DNA of 32,000 bases from Parasynechococcus marenigrum WH 8102 (GCF_000195975.1 NC_005070.1:300001-332000); one strand, 5' to 3'. Positions 9,274 through 16,737 are shown, counted from the stretch's first letter. The notes: generated by a model not told the origin, from the sequence alone. Numbers and translations: made by a program.

Positions 9274-9380
9274 TGTGTGGAGGTGGTCGCTTTAAGGAAC
9301 CGTGGTAGTTGCTCAGCAGCTTATAAGTCGCTGCACAACTATCAACCTTGGCATAGAAGGAGGGATGGCCATTTCAGCTC

Positions 9381-10544
9381 TCAGCCCCTCTCCACCCCAT
9401 CCCCGCACTTGATCCGCTGACGATCAAGTTTGCGTTGGATGTGCGGTGTGATCCCCAGTTCTGCTCCATTCCAGAGGCGATCCATTTCACGGGTGAAGTG
9501 TTTGGCGAGTTGAGGTGAGTGGATCACCAGCAGTGTTTCGTCGTTGGTGTGAGCAGCAGAGGGTGACCAGTTGAACGATCCCGTGATCACTGTTTTGTTG
9601 TCGATCACGGCGAACTTGTGATGCAGCTTGTCGCCGCGGGCAAGGCGGGGGGTGCCGACACCACGGATGGGTTGTGTGAATGGTTTGTTGTTTGCCTCGA
9701 GTTTGCAATCGCGATCGGGCAGGGCCACTCCCAGCAGGTCCAGCACTTCCGAGAACGATCGGCTGGCGAAACCAGGGTCCGCCACCAGCCGAATCTTCAC
9801 CCCGTCGTTGGCTCGCTCCTCCAGCACATTCGCCAGCTGCTGAGCCGAGAACACGAACAGGGCCATGTCGATCTGGTGCTTGGCGGAGGCCAGCAGTGCT
9901 GCCAGCCAGTTCAACCCGTGGGAGGGGTTGCGTTTGGGGTGGGGAGCAAACAGCACTTCAATCTCTACATCGCCCACCTGCACGCGCTCGGCGTCCGATT
10001 GGCCACCCTTCCCCAGCCCGAAGCGGCTGTCCTTGGCGCCACCAGGCCCATCGCCCCACATCCGCTCGAACTCGCGTCGGAAAGCAGCAGCCAGTGCAGG
10101 GTTGTCGATACGCAGCAGATGGTTGACGTTGCCTCGGGTTCTGAGTTTTCCGGCATCACCATGGATGCCGGAACTGGTGAAGTTGGCGCTGCCGGTGATC
10201 ACGCTGCGATCGTCGACCACCACGAATTTGTGGTGCATCAATCCACTGCCGCTGCTGCCGTCCTCGGTGTCATCCAGCAACGGCACCCCGGCCTGAAGCA
10301 GTAACCCCACGGCATCACCCTGTCGGGCTTCCTCCGCTGTCGTGATGCCGTCTCCATCGGCATCGGCCAGGTGCTGGAGTTGGTGCCAGCGATGCCGCTG
10401 GTGCTTGGGGAGATGGCTGGGTTGCTGGTCACTCCAGGGAGTGCTGTAGCTGTTCTCCAGCACGAGCTTCACCTGCACCCCCCGCCTGTGGGCGGCGATC
10501 AGATGCCTGGCCAGGCTTAGTAACGACAGCTCTTGAACGGCCAC
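9381..10544 (-). CDS. Phospholipase D / Nuc-like protein with two HKD motifs, annotated here from the first in-frame canonical start. The conserved domain continues upstream without a start codon.
   Basis: HKD motifs HHKFVVVDDRSVITGSANFTSSG and HHKFAVIDNKTVITGSFNWSPSA. The frame stays open and looks homologous (YQSPLTGQWRNGDDLERFIVDAIEGADTSLLVAVQEL) back to 10691. Confidence 0.85.
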   Translation of the reverse strand: MAVQELSLLSLARHLIAAHRRGVQVKLVLENSYSTPWSDQQPSHLPKHQRHRWHQLQHLADADGDGITTAEEARQGDAVGLLLQAGVPLLDDTEDGSSGSGLMHHKFVVVDDRSVITGSANFTSSGIHGDAGKLRTRGNVNHLLRIDNPALAAAFRREFERMWGDGPGGAKDSRFGLGKGGQSDAERVQVGDVEIEVLFAPHPKRNPSHGLNWLAALLASAKHQIDMALFVFSAQQLANVLEERANDGVKIRLVADPGFASRSFSEVLDLLGVALPDRDCKLEANNKPFTQPIRGVGTPRLARGDKLHHKFAVIDNKTVITGSFNWSPSAAHTNDETLLVIHSPQLAKHFTREMDRLWNGAELGITPHIQRKLDRQRIKCGDGVERG

Positions 10545-10621
10545 CAGCAGGCTGGTGTCAGCACCCTCAATCGCATCAACGATGAATCGCTCAAGGTCAT
10601 CCCCGTTGCGCCATTGGCCTG

Positions 10622-10783
10622 TCAGGGGTGACTGGTAACGCTCCCGTCGCGGTGGTTGAAGGCCAGAGCAAATCCGGGCGGTAGGGGTAGATCAGCTTCA
10701 ACAGCACCAACAATTTCCCCAGGTCTGCTGCAGCCACAGCACAGCAGAAGCGGCAACAGCAGGAGCTCAGTGGGGGAACGCAT
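10622..10783 (-). pseudogene. 53-codon ORF encoding a signal peptide; probably the displaced 5' end of the PLD-like gene (frameshift between 10625 and 10691)
   Basis: ATG at 10783. MRSPTELLLLPLLLCCGCSRPGEIVGAVEADLPLPPGFALAFNHRDGS.. then TGA at 10622-10624. The adjacent frame carries the PLD domain from 10691 downward. Confidence 0.5.
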
Positions 10784-10833
10784 CCGAGTTGAAGCTGCTC
10801 TCCCTCAGTGTTCCCCCGGCCGGCGGCAGCCTG

Positions 10834-11040
10834 TCAGTGGGGCATCTCGGAAGTTTTGAGCATGGCGACGAACCAGAGGCCACTAAGCACAAGGGCCGCA
10901 GCGACCCCAGCGCCGATGCCGACTCGGGCCATCACCAGCGGCACGATCAGCGGAAAAGCCATCGCCCCTGCAAGAGGGGTGATGGCCACAAACCAACGCA
11001 GGGCGGTTGGCGACTTGGATTCGGAGGAGTTCAGAACCAC
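10834..11040 (-). CDS. Small (68-aa) hydrophobic membrane protein, hypothetical
   Basis: GTG start overlaps the upstream gene stop by 10 nt. Two hydrophobic stretches (WFVAITPLAGAMAFPLIVPLV, GIGAGVAAALVLSGLWFVAML). G/C-rich third positions. Confidence 0.5.
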   Translation of the reverse strand: MVLNSSESKSPTALRWFVAITPLAGAMAFPLIVPLVMARVGIGAGVAAALVLSGLWFVAMLKTSEMPH

Positions 11041-12137
11041 TCGGCGCGGGCTTCGCTGGCGGGGTTGCTGTTGTCTTCGGGTGTCTGGCGCTCGAAGTTG
11101 AGGGTGATGTTGCGCTTCTGTTCGCCGTCTGCAGCGGTGGCTTCGATGGCGTAAACCTGCTCCCCATCACGAAAGGGAACCTGGATGCGGAAGGTGCCGT
11201 CGGTGGACAGGGGAACTTCTTCGCCGCCGATGGTGAGACGGGCGGAGGGGTCGGTGGCTCCGTAGACGATCAACTCAGCATCAGCGACCAGCCAGAAAGA
11301 GCGTTGACGGGGAGCGACGCCACCGATGCCGGACTCATTGCGACCGCTAGCCCAGAGGCCGATGCCGGAGTCGCTCAGGCCGTGACGATCGGAGTCTGCG
11401 GAGGAATCCAGAGCTTCCTGGAATTCCTCGGAGCCGACGCGACGACGACGGAAGTGAACCGTGGCACTTTGGTAAAGACGCTCATGCAAGCCACTGTCGC
11501 TGGGCTCAGCGGGGGGAGCTACTGGAGCCGGTTCAGCAACAGCAGGAGAGGCGTTGTCGAGGCTGAAGGGAACGAACTGGTCGAGAATCTGCTCACTGGG
11601 GTGCAGAGCAGGGACGCGGGCCACGGAGGAGAAGGCCAGGGACATCCAGGTGGTGCCGATGCGATAACCCAACTCAACGCGGTAATCGCGATCGCAAAGA
11701 GGAACAGGCAGGTACCACTCGGTGCTGTGGCTGTCGACAGGAACTTCCTGGAGGGTGTGGGGATGGGCGCTGCCGTCCTGCATGCCTGTCACATCGGCAA
11801 GGCGAAGGCATAGGCGGCTGGCTCCCTCTTTCTGAGCGCGCTTACGATCGTTGTCGGAGATCTCCCAGAACACGTAGGCCCACTGGGGATCACGGGGCAG
11901 GAAGACCACCCGGGTCTCCGTCGTGGGGAGTGCAGGTGGAGTTAACTCGGCTTCGATGGCCTTGAGGTCGCCACCGCGCTGCTCCTGACGCTGCGCCACC
12001 TCATCCACCAGAGCTTCCTTGCTCTTGCGGCTGTAAAGCGGTACACCGAGATCGCTGGCGATCTGGCGCAGTTGACGCAGGGTCAGACGTGCCAATGAGG
12101 TCAGGGTCTGAGACACGTCCAAAACGCCAGGATTCAT
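11031..12137 (-). CDS. DUF4912-domain protein with N-terminal Rho_N/SAP-like helix-extended-helix
   Basis: N-terminus LTLRQLRQIASDLGVPLYSRKSKEALVDEV (Rho N-terminal-like). Then ..VVFLPRDPQWAYVFWEIS.. and C-terminal ..FWLVADAELIVYGATDPSARLTIGG..DGTF.., typical of cyanobacterial DUF4912 proteins. Confidence 0.8.
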   Translation of the reverse strand: MNPGVLDVSQTLTSLARLTLRQLRQIASDLGVPLYSRKSKEALVDEVAQRQEQRGGDLKAIEAELTPPALPTTETRVVFLPRDPQWAYVFWEISDNDRKRAQKEGASRLCLRLADVTGMQDGSAHPHTLQEVPVDSHSTEWYLPVPLCDRDYRVELGYRIGTTWMSLAFSSVARVPALHPSEQILDQFVPFSLDNASPAVAEPAPVAPPAEPSDSGLHERLYQSATVHFRRRRVGSEEFQEALDSSADSDRHGLSDSGIGLWASGRNESGIGGVAPRQRSFWLVADAELIVYGATDPSARLTIGGEEVPLSTDGTFRIQVPFRDGEQVYAIEATAADGEQKRNITLNFERQTPEDNSNPASEARAEWF

Positions 12138-12185
12138 TTGGGATCATTGTGCGATGAAAAATTCCTCTCCGAACCGTTAACGAAC

Positions 12186-12211
12186 CCAGGGTCAGTGGAT
12201 CCTGACCCTGG
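12186..12211 (-). promoter_or_regulatory. Perfect 10-bp-stem hairpin in the leader or promoter region of the DUF4912 gene
   Basis: CCAGGGTCAG (12186-12195), loop TGGATC, CTGACCCTGG (12202-12211). It lies 49-74 nt upstream of ATG 12137, downstream of the cpcG terminator. Confidence 0.4.
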
Positions 12212-12249
12212 AGAGCTGGGAAGAAGGCGGGGATCACTGTCTGCGACAC

Positions 12250-12274
12250 AAAAAAAGCGGGGCTGAGGCCCCGC
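12250..12274 (-). terminator. Rho-independent terminator after cpcG
   Basis: GCGGGGC (12257-12263), TGAG loop, GCCCCGC (12268-12274). On the - strand it is followed by seven T (the + strand A-run at 12250-12256). It lies 25 nt past the cpcG stop. Confidence 0.8.
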
Positions 12275-12298
12275 TTTTCGGACTCTTGAGACCTTGGA

Positions 12299-13057
12299 TC
12301 AGCGACCGATGCTGCGGTAAGGAACGCGAGACATATAGTCAATATCGGTGCTGGATGAGCCCCCACCTGGGTTGGGCATGGGGAGATCCTTGAGCCAGGC
12401 CATGTAGTCGCTGGGAGATCCACCGCGCTTGATCTTGGCTCGTGCGGGAATCTGTTTTGCGGGACCGCCCATAAAGACGATCTGGGGGAAGCCCAGGATT
12501 CCCCGGTAGTACTCGTCGTAGCGAGGGCTGGTGATGTTGAACGGGGTGTCACCAAGCTCTCGGCCGGGGAGCACGCGATTGCGTTGCGACGGAACGGTGT
12601 CGTACCCAAAAGCGTCCAGGTATTCCTGGCTGTCGAGCAGGACGTCCACCAGTCCCTCGACGCCCTTGGTGGCGATCACGATCGACCAGGCGATCTCTTC
12701 GGACTTGTTGGTTTTGCGGCCCAGCAGCTTCTCCACAAGGTGGCGAACCACCTTGTAGTTGCTGTTCATGCCGTAGAAACTGCGCTTGAAGGTGTCCGAG
12801 AGGACCAGTCCGCGGATGAAGTCCCGAACCGTGATCTGCCCGTCCTTCAGTTGGGATTCGAGATTCACGTCCCGATCGGACTTGAAGGCGTGGAAGTAGA
12901 TCTGGCGGTAGGCGCTTTCGATCACCGTGACGAGGTTGTCCCGGTCCATGGCGATATCCATGGAATTGGCACGGGCCGTTTCGTCGGATTGAACACGCAG
13001 GGCTGCCACCCGGGAGTTCTGGGTGATTGGTGCGTACTCCAGAAGGGGAATGGCCAC
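12299..13057 (-). CDS. cpcG: Phycobilisome rod-core linker polypeptide CpcG
   Basis: Track ORF 12299..13102, trimmed to GTG 13057 giving (M)AIPLLEYAPITQNSRV.., the canonical CpcG N-terminus. PBS-linker domain (..YRQIYFHAFKSDRD.., ..FIRGLVLSDTFKRSFY..). 252 aa. Confidence 0.9.
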   Translation of the reverse strand: MAIPLLEYAPITQNSRVAALRVQSDETARANSMDIAMDRDNLVTVIESAYRQIYFHAFKSDRDVNLESQLKDGQITVRDFIRGLVLSDTFKRSFYGMNSNYKVVRHLVEKLLGRKTNKSEEIAWSIVIATKGVEGLVDVLLDSQEYLDAFGYDTVPSQRNRVLPGRELGDTPFNITSPRYDEYYRGILGFPQIVFMGGPAKQIPARAKIKRGGSPSDYMAWLKDLPMPNPGGGSSSTDIDYMSRVPYRSIGR

Positions 13058-13165
13058 GCGAGCTTCAGCATCCACTGCCGGCGATCGTAGAAGTGTCCGC
13101 AAGCCCCCACTCCACGGCCTGGAGCAGCAATTACATCCCGTAATAGTCGCCCTGGGTACTTCTGC

Positions 13166-13762
13166 TTACCAGCCGAAGGGCGCAAGGGTTTTGGCGGGCT
13201 CGGCGTTGGCCGATACGGCTGGGGGCGCGATGTCCAGCATCCGTGTCTCCATGCAGAACGAGGCGTTGTTGGACAACCCCTGAACCGTGCTGGTGCGCAG
13301 CCGCAGATTGGGGCCGGCGAACCAGAAGCGCTCCAGGGAGCTCATCATTTCGTAATCGGTGGTGAGGATCAGGCCGTTCTCCGCATCCATGTGGAACTGC
13401 CCAGCCACCGGTGCTTTCTCGGCATAGCCGCGATCCCGCAGCAACAACCCGCTTCGTCCGCCGTCGTCGCTGGGGATCAGGCCGAACATGGTCTGGTCTT
13501 CATGGGATTCACCGGCGCGATCCCAGGCCATGGAGCCGCTCCAGCGCACCCAGCAGCCTCCAACGATCCGCTCAACGCTCTCGTTGTTGCGCTGGGCGAT
13601 CTCGGCCAGTCGCGCGTCCCCTTTAAGCAGCTCTTCCACCACGATGAAAGAAGCACCGGCTTCGGCCCGACGGTGCAACAGGTGGTGCTGGCTGCGCTGT
13701 GAGGTCCAGCGGCCGCAGCTCAGGCGAAAGAAGCTGAGGGCATCAGCGATCTCAAGGGGCAT
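13166..13762 (-). CDS. Phycobiliprotein bilin lyase of the CpcS/CpeS/CpcU (S/U-type) family
   Basis: N-terminus ..FFRLSCGRWTSQRSQHHLL.. and the lipocalin-like body (..GGCWVRW.., ..SGLLLRDRGYAE.., ..ERFWFAGPNLRLR..) are typical of the family. Confidence 0.8.
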   Translation of the reverse strand: MPLEIADALSFFRLSCGRWTSQRSQHHLLHRRAEAGASFIVVEELLKGDARLAEIAQRNNESVERIVGGCWVRWSGSMAWDRAGESHEDQTMFGLIPSDDGGRSGLLLRDRGYAEKAPVAGQFHMDAENGLILTTDYEMMSSLERFWFAGPNLRLRTSTVQGLSNNASFCMETRMLDIAPPAVSANAEPAKTLAPFGW

Positions 13763-14111
13763 CAGCGCTTTTGTTCTGAAGTTGATGATGGCAGCGGGCT
13801 TCCGCGGCGGTGATCAAGTCGTCGAGCTGGAGTTCAAGCGGGGGTTTGCCGAGGCTGTCGGCGAGGCCCTGAAGTTGCTCGGCAGCTCCATTGAGTTGCT
13901 GCATCAAGGAGCGCAGAAAGGCTGGATCGTCTGCGACGGCAGGCTGTTGTTCGCACCAACGGCGACGGTTGGCGGCATCGGGAAGCAGGCCTTCGTTGCC
14001 CTGTCCCATGGCCTGGAAGCTGTCGAGGCAGTGGGCCAACAGACGCAAATGGTGGCGATCCATCTGCGGGAGCAGCGTGGCATCAATCCTGGCGATCACG
14101 GCGGCATCCAT
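13752..14111 (-). CDS. Hypothetical 119-aa protein (3 Cys, several His)
   Basis: Track ORF 13752..14195, trimmed to ATG 14111 (MDAAVIARID..). This removes the overlap with sufR (stop at 14117). Its 3' end overlaps the lyase start by 11 nt. Good GC3 bias. Confidence 0.5.
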   Translation of the reverse strand: MDAAVIARIDATLLPQMDRHHLRLLAHCLDSFQAMGQGNEGLLPDAANRRRWCEQQPAVADDPAFLRSLMQQLNGAAEQLQGLADSLGKPPLELQLDDLITAAEARCHHQLQNKSADAP

Positions 14112-14116
14112 GGCCT

Positions 14117-14758
14117 TCAGTTCTGCAGTGGTGTGATGCGGAAGCCGCAGGCATGCCCTCCCTCGAGGCGCCAGTGCACCCGTTCCACCTGACAATCGGG
14201 AACCGTCCTGCGGATCAGCACTAATTCCTGGTCACAGACGGCTGGAAATTCTTCGGCAATCCGCTGCACGGAGCAGTGGACTTCCTGCAAGCGCCAGCTC
14301 ACCCCGTCCTCCTCCGGGCTGCAGAGGGTGACGTAGCCCTCGTCCCGTCGCAGGCTGGCCAGCTGCTCAAGGCGCTGTTGCAGCGAGCCGTTGCCGATCC
14401 GATCCCGGTAGCGGCTGGCCTTGTCCTCCGCCTGCTGGTTCAGCAGGGTTCGCACGGTTTCCTCCGGCAGGCTGGCGCGCATGGAGTTGAGAAGCCCGAG
14501 TGCAAAGCGTTGGCTGCCATCGGGGAACTGATCCCGCCCTTGGTCGGTCAGGCGCCAGCGGTTGCTCGGCCGGCCTGGCCCGGAGACGCTGGGGCTCGCT
14601 TCGGCCAGGCCAGCTTCGGCCAGGCTTTTCAACTGCCGTCGAACCGCCTGGACCGACAGGTTCAAGGCTCCGGCCAGGTCCGCGGCGTCGGCATCCCCGC
14701 GCTCCAGAAGCAGGGACAGCAAAGCGTCGCGAGTGCTGGCCTGGACTGGGGAGGTCAT
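14117..14758 (-). CDS. sufR: Iron-sulfur cluster biosynthesis transcriptional regulator SufR
   Basis: Trimmed to ATG 14758 (MTSPVQASTRDALLSLL..). N-terminal winged HTH. The C-terminal motif C-X12-C-X13-C-X14-C (HCSVQRIAEEFPAVCDQELVLIRRTVPDCQVERVHWRLEGGHAC) matches the SufR cluster-binding signature. The gene is divergent from sufBCDS. Confidence 0.9.
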   Translation of the reverse strand: MTSPVQASTRDALLSLLLERGDADAADLAGALNLSVQAVRRQLKSLAEAGLAEASPSVSGPGRPSNRWRLTDQGRDQFPDGSQRFALGLLNSMRASLPEETVRTLLNQQAEDKASRYRDRIGNGSLQQRLEQLASLRRDEGYVTLCSPEEDGVSWRLQEVHCSVQRIAEEFPAVCDQELVLIRRTVPDCQVERVHWRLEGGHACGFRITPLQN

Positions 14759-14766
14759 GGTGCGCC

Positions 14767-14777
14767 GAACCTGGTTC
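14767..14777. promoter_or_regulatory. Palindrome GAACCTGGTTC in the sufR/ftrC-suf divergent intergenic region (candidate operator)
   Basis: Perfect 11-nt palindrome 9 nt upstream of the sufR ATG. It shares the core AACC(A/T)GGT with the site at 14861-14876. Confidence 0.3.
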
Positions 14778-14860
14778 CACGATGCCACCGGAATGGCCGC
14801 CCCGGCGTACACAATGGTGCTTCTCCATGGGCCGACCTGTTGCCTTAGGCTTCGAATAAG

Positions 14861-14876
14861 GAAACCAGGTCGTTTC
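14861..14876. promoter_or_regulatory. Inverted repeat GAAAC-N6-GTTTC (candidate SufR operator) just upstream of ftrC
   Basis: GAAAC (14861-14865), CAGGTC, GTTTC (14872-14876), 20 nt upstream of ATG 14896. It resembles the CAAC-N6-GTTG form I recall for cyanobacterial SufR sites. Confidence 0.35.
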
Positions 14877-14895
14877 GTAACTTCGTCGTTCCTCT

Positions 14896-15252
14896 ATGTC
14901 TGACGCCGCTCCCGAGCCCACCGCCGAAAGCCTGGAGGTCATTCGCAAGTTCGCTGAGACCTACGCCCAGCGCACAGGCACGTATTTCTGCGCTGAGTCC
15001 AGCGTGACCTCTGTGGTGCTGAAGGGGCTGGCACGCCACAAGGACGAGCTCGGCGGTGCGCTCTGTCCCTGCCGTCATTACGAAGACAAGGAAGCCGAGG
15101 TGTCCCAGGCCTTCTGGAACTGTCCTTGTGTGCCGATGCGTGAGCGCAAGGAGTGCCACTGCATGCTTTTCCTCACCGAAGACAACCCCTTCGCCTGCCC
15201 GAACAAAACCCAGACGATCTCCACCGAGACGATTCACGCGACTGCCGGCTGA
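14896..15252 (+). CDS. ftrC: Ferredoxin:thioredoxin reductase catalytic (beta) subunit
   Basis: 118 aa with the diagnostic cysteine pattern CPCRHY..WNCPCVPMRERKECHCMLF. Confidence 0.92.
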   Translation: MSDAAPEPTAESLEVIRKFAETYAQRTGTYFCAESSVTSVVLKGLARHKDELGGALCPCRHYEDKEAEVSQAFWNCPCVPMRERKECHCMLFLTEDNPFACPNKTQTISTETIHATAG

Positions 15253-15257
15253 CCTGA

Positions 15258-16697
15258 ATGACCAGCACCTCCACACGGGACCTCGTCAGCCAGCCGTACA
15301 AATACGGCTTCGTCACCGAGATTGAGACCGACAAGATCGCCAAAGGTCTCAGCGAAGACGTCGTTCGTCTGATTTCGGCCAAAAAAGAGGAGCCAGCGTT
15401 TCTGCTGGAGTTTCGGCTGAAGGCCTTCCGTCATTGGCTCACCCTCGAGGAGCCCGACTGGGCTGCTTTGGGGTATCCGCTGATCGATTATCAGGACATC
15501 GTTTATTACTCCGCTCCGAAGCAGCAGGACAAGAAGTCCAGCCTTGATGAGGTGGACCCCAGGCTGCTGGAGACCTTCGACAAGCTTGGGATCCCCCTGA
15601 GCGAGCAGAAGCGCTTGAGCAACGTGGCTGTGGACGCTGTGTTCGACAGCGTTTCGATCGCCACCACGTACAAGGAGAAGCTGGCGGAGCACGGTGTGGT
15701 GTTCTGCTCCTTTAGTGAAGCGGTCAAGGAGCATCCCGAGCTGATCGAGCGCTACCTGGGTTCCGTGGTGGCCAGCAACGACAACTGTTTCGCGGCACTG
15801 AACTCAGCGGTGTTCAGTGATGGCTCCTTTGTCTTCATCCCGAAGGGTGTCGAGTGCCCGATGGAGCTCTCCACCTATTTCCGGATCAATTCCGGCGACA
15901 CAGGCCAGTTCGAGCGCACGCTGATCGTCGCCGAAGAAGGGGCTTCTGTGAGCTACCTCGAGGGCTGCACGGCTCCGATGTTCGACACCAATCAATTGCA
16001 CGCTGCCGTGGTGGAGCTGGTGGCCCTGGATGACGCCTCGATCAAGTACTCCACCGTTCAGAACTGGTACGCAGGTGATGAAGATGGCGTAGGCGGCATC
16101 TACAACTTCGTCACCAAGCGGGGGCAGTGCCGGGGTGCCCGCAGCCGCATCAGCTGGACGCAGGTGGAAACCGGCTCCGCCATCACCTGGAAATACCCGA
16201 GTTGTGTGCTGCAGGGGGCTGATTCGGTTGGCGAGTTCTATTCCGTGGCACTCACCAACAACCGGCAGCAGGCCGATACCGGAACAAAAATGGTTCATGT
16301 GGGGCCCCGCACCCGCTCCACGATCGTGAGCAAAGGAATCAGCGCCGGCCATTCCAGCAACAGCTACCGCGGTTTGGTCCAGATGGGGCCTGCAGCGAAG
16401 GGAGCCCGCAACTACAGCCAGTGCGACTCGATGTTGATCGGAGACCAGGCGGCCGCCAACACCTACCCCTACATCCGCTCCCAGCAGCCCCAGGCGGCCA
16501 TCGAACACGAGGCCAGCACCTGCCGAATCTCTGAAGATCAGCTCTTCTATCTGCAGAGCCGCGGCATCGGTTTCGAAGAGGCGGTGTCGATGATGGTCAG
16601 CGGCTTCTGCCGTGATGTGTTCAACCAGCTGCCGATGGAGTTCGCCGCCGAGGCGGACAAGCTGCTGGCCCTCAAGCTCGAGGGATCCGTGGGCTGA
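15258..16697 (+). CDS. sufB: Fe-S cluster assembly scaffold protein SufB
   Basis: 479 aa, canonical SufB (..YKYGF.., ..FVFIPKGV.., ..QNWY.., ..[21 protein letters not shown]..). The ATG lies 5 nt after the ftrC stop. Confidence 0.95.
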   Translation: MTSTSTRDLVSQPYKYGFVTEIETDKIAKGLSEDVVRLISAKKEEPAFLLEFRLKAFRHWLTLEEPDWAALGYPLIDYQDIVYYSAPKQQDKKSSLDEVDPRLLETFDKLGIPLSEQKRLSNVAVDAVFDSVSIATTYKEKLAEHGVVFCSFSEAVKEHPELIERYLGSVVASNDNCFAALNSAVFSDGSFVFIPKGVECPMELSTYFRINSGDTGQFERTLIVAEEGASVSYLEGCTAPMFDTNQLHAAVVELVALDDASIKYSTVQNWYAGDEDGVGGIYNFVTKRGQCRGARSRISWTQVETGSAITWKYPSCVLQGADSVGEFYSVALTNNRQQADTGTKMVHVGPRTRSTIVSKGISAGHSSNSYRGLVQMGPAAKGARNYSQCDSMLIGDQAAANTYPYIRSQQPQAAIEHEASTCRISEDQLFYLQSRGIGFEEAVSMMVSGFCRDVFNQLPMEFAAEADKLLALKLEGSVG

Positions 16698-16737
16698 CCT
16701 CTGGCTCCATATCCTCTTTTCTCTCTCTTCATCTCCA

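Larger units (their letters stand above)
7611..9380. other. Low-GC islet (two genes), probably horizontally acquired; no mobility genes
   Basis: Hand counts: 8161-8220 has 23/60 G+C (38%) against 63% in the adjacent hydroxylase gene. Third codon positions are A/T-rich in both ORFs. Composition returns to about 58-60% in the PLD gene. Confidence 0.65.

Noticed and set aside
9320-9345. TTGATA ... TATAAG on the - strand upstream of the GT9-like gene, as a possible islet promoter
   Set aside because: The spacer between the hexamers is only 14 nt, outside the usual 16-18 nt range, so it is not reported as a promoter.
9073-11695. HIP1 octamers GCGATCGC (9073-9080, 11688-11695)
   Set aside because: I found only two copies in 32 kb. 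That is not an enrichment and gives no evidence for a HIP1-type repeat system.
11007-11813. 268-aa + strand ORF
   Set aside because: It is antisense to the DUF4912/Rho_N gene. The translation is Gly/Ala/Val-rich and lacks motifs.
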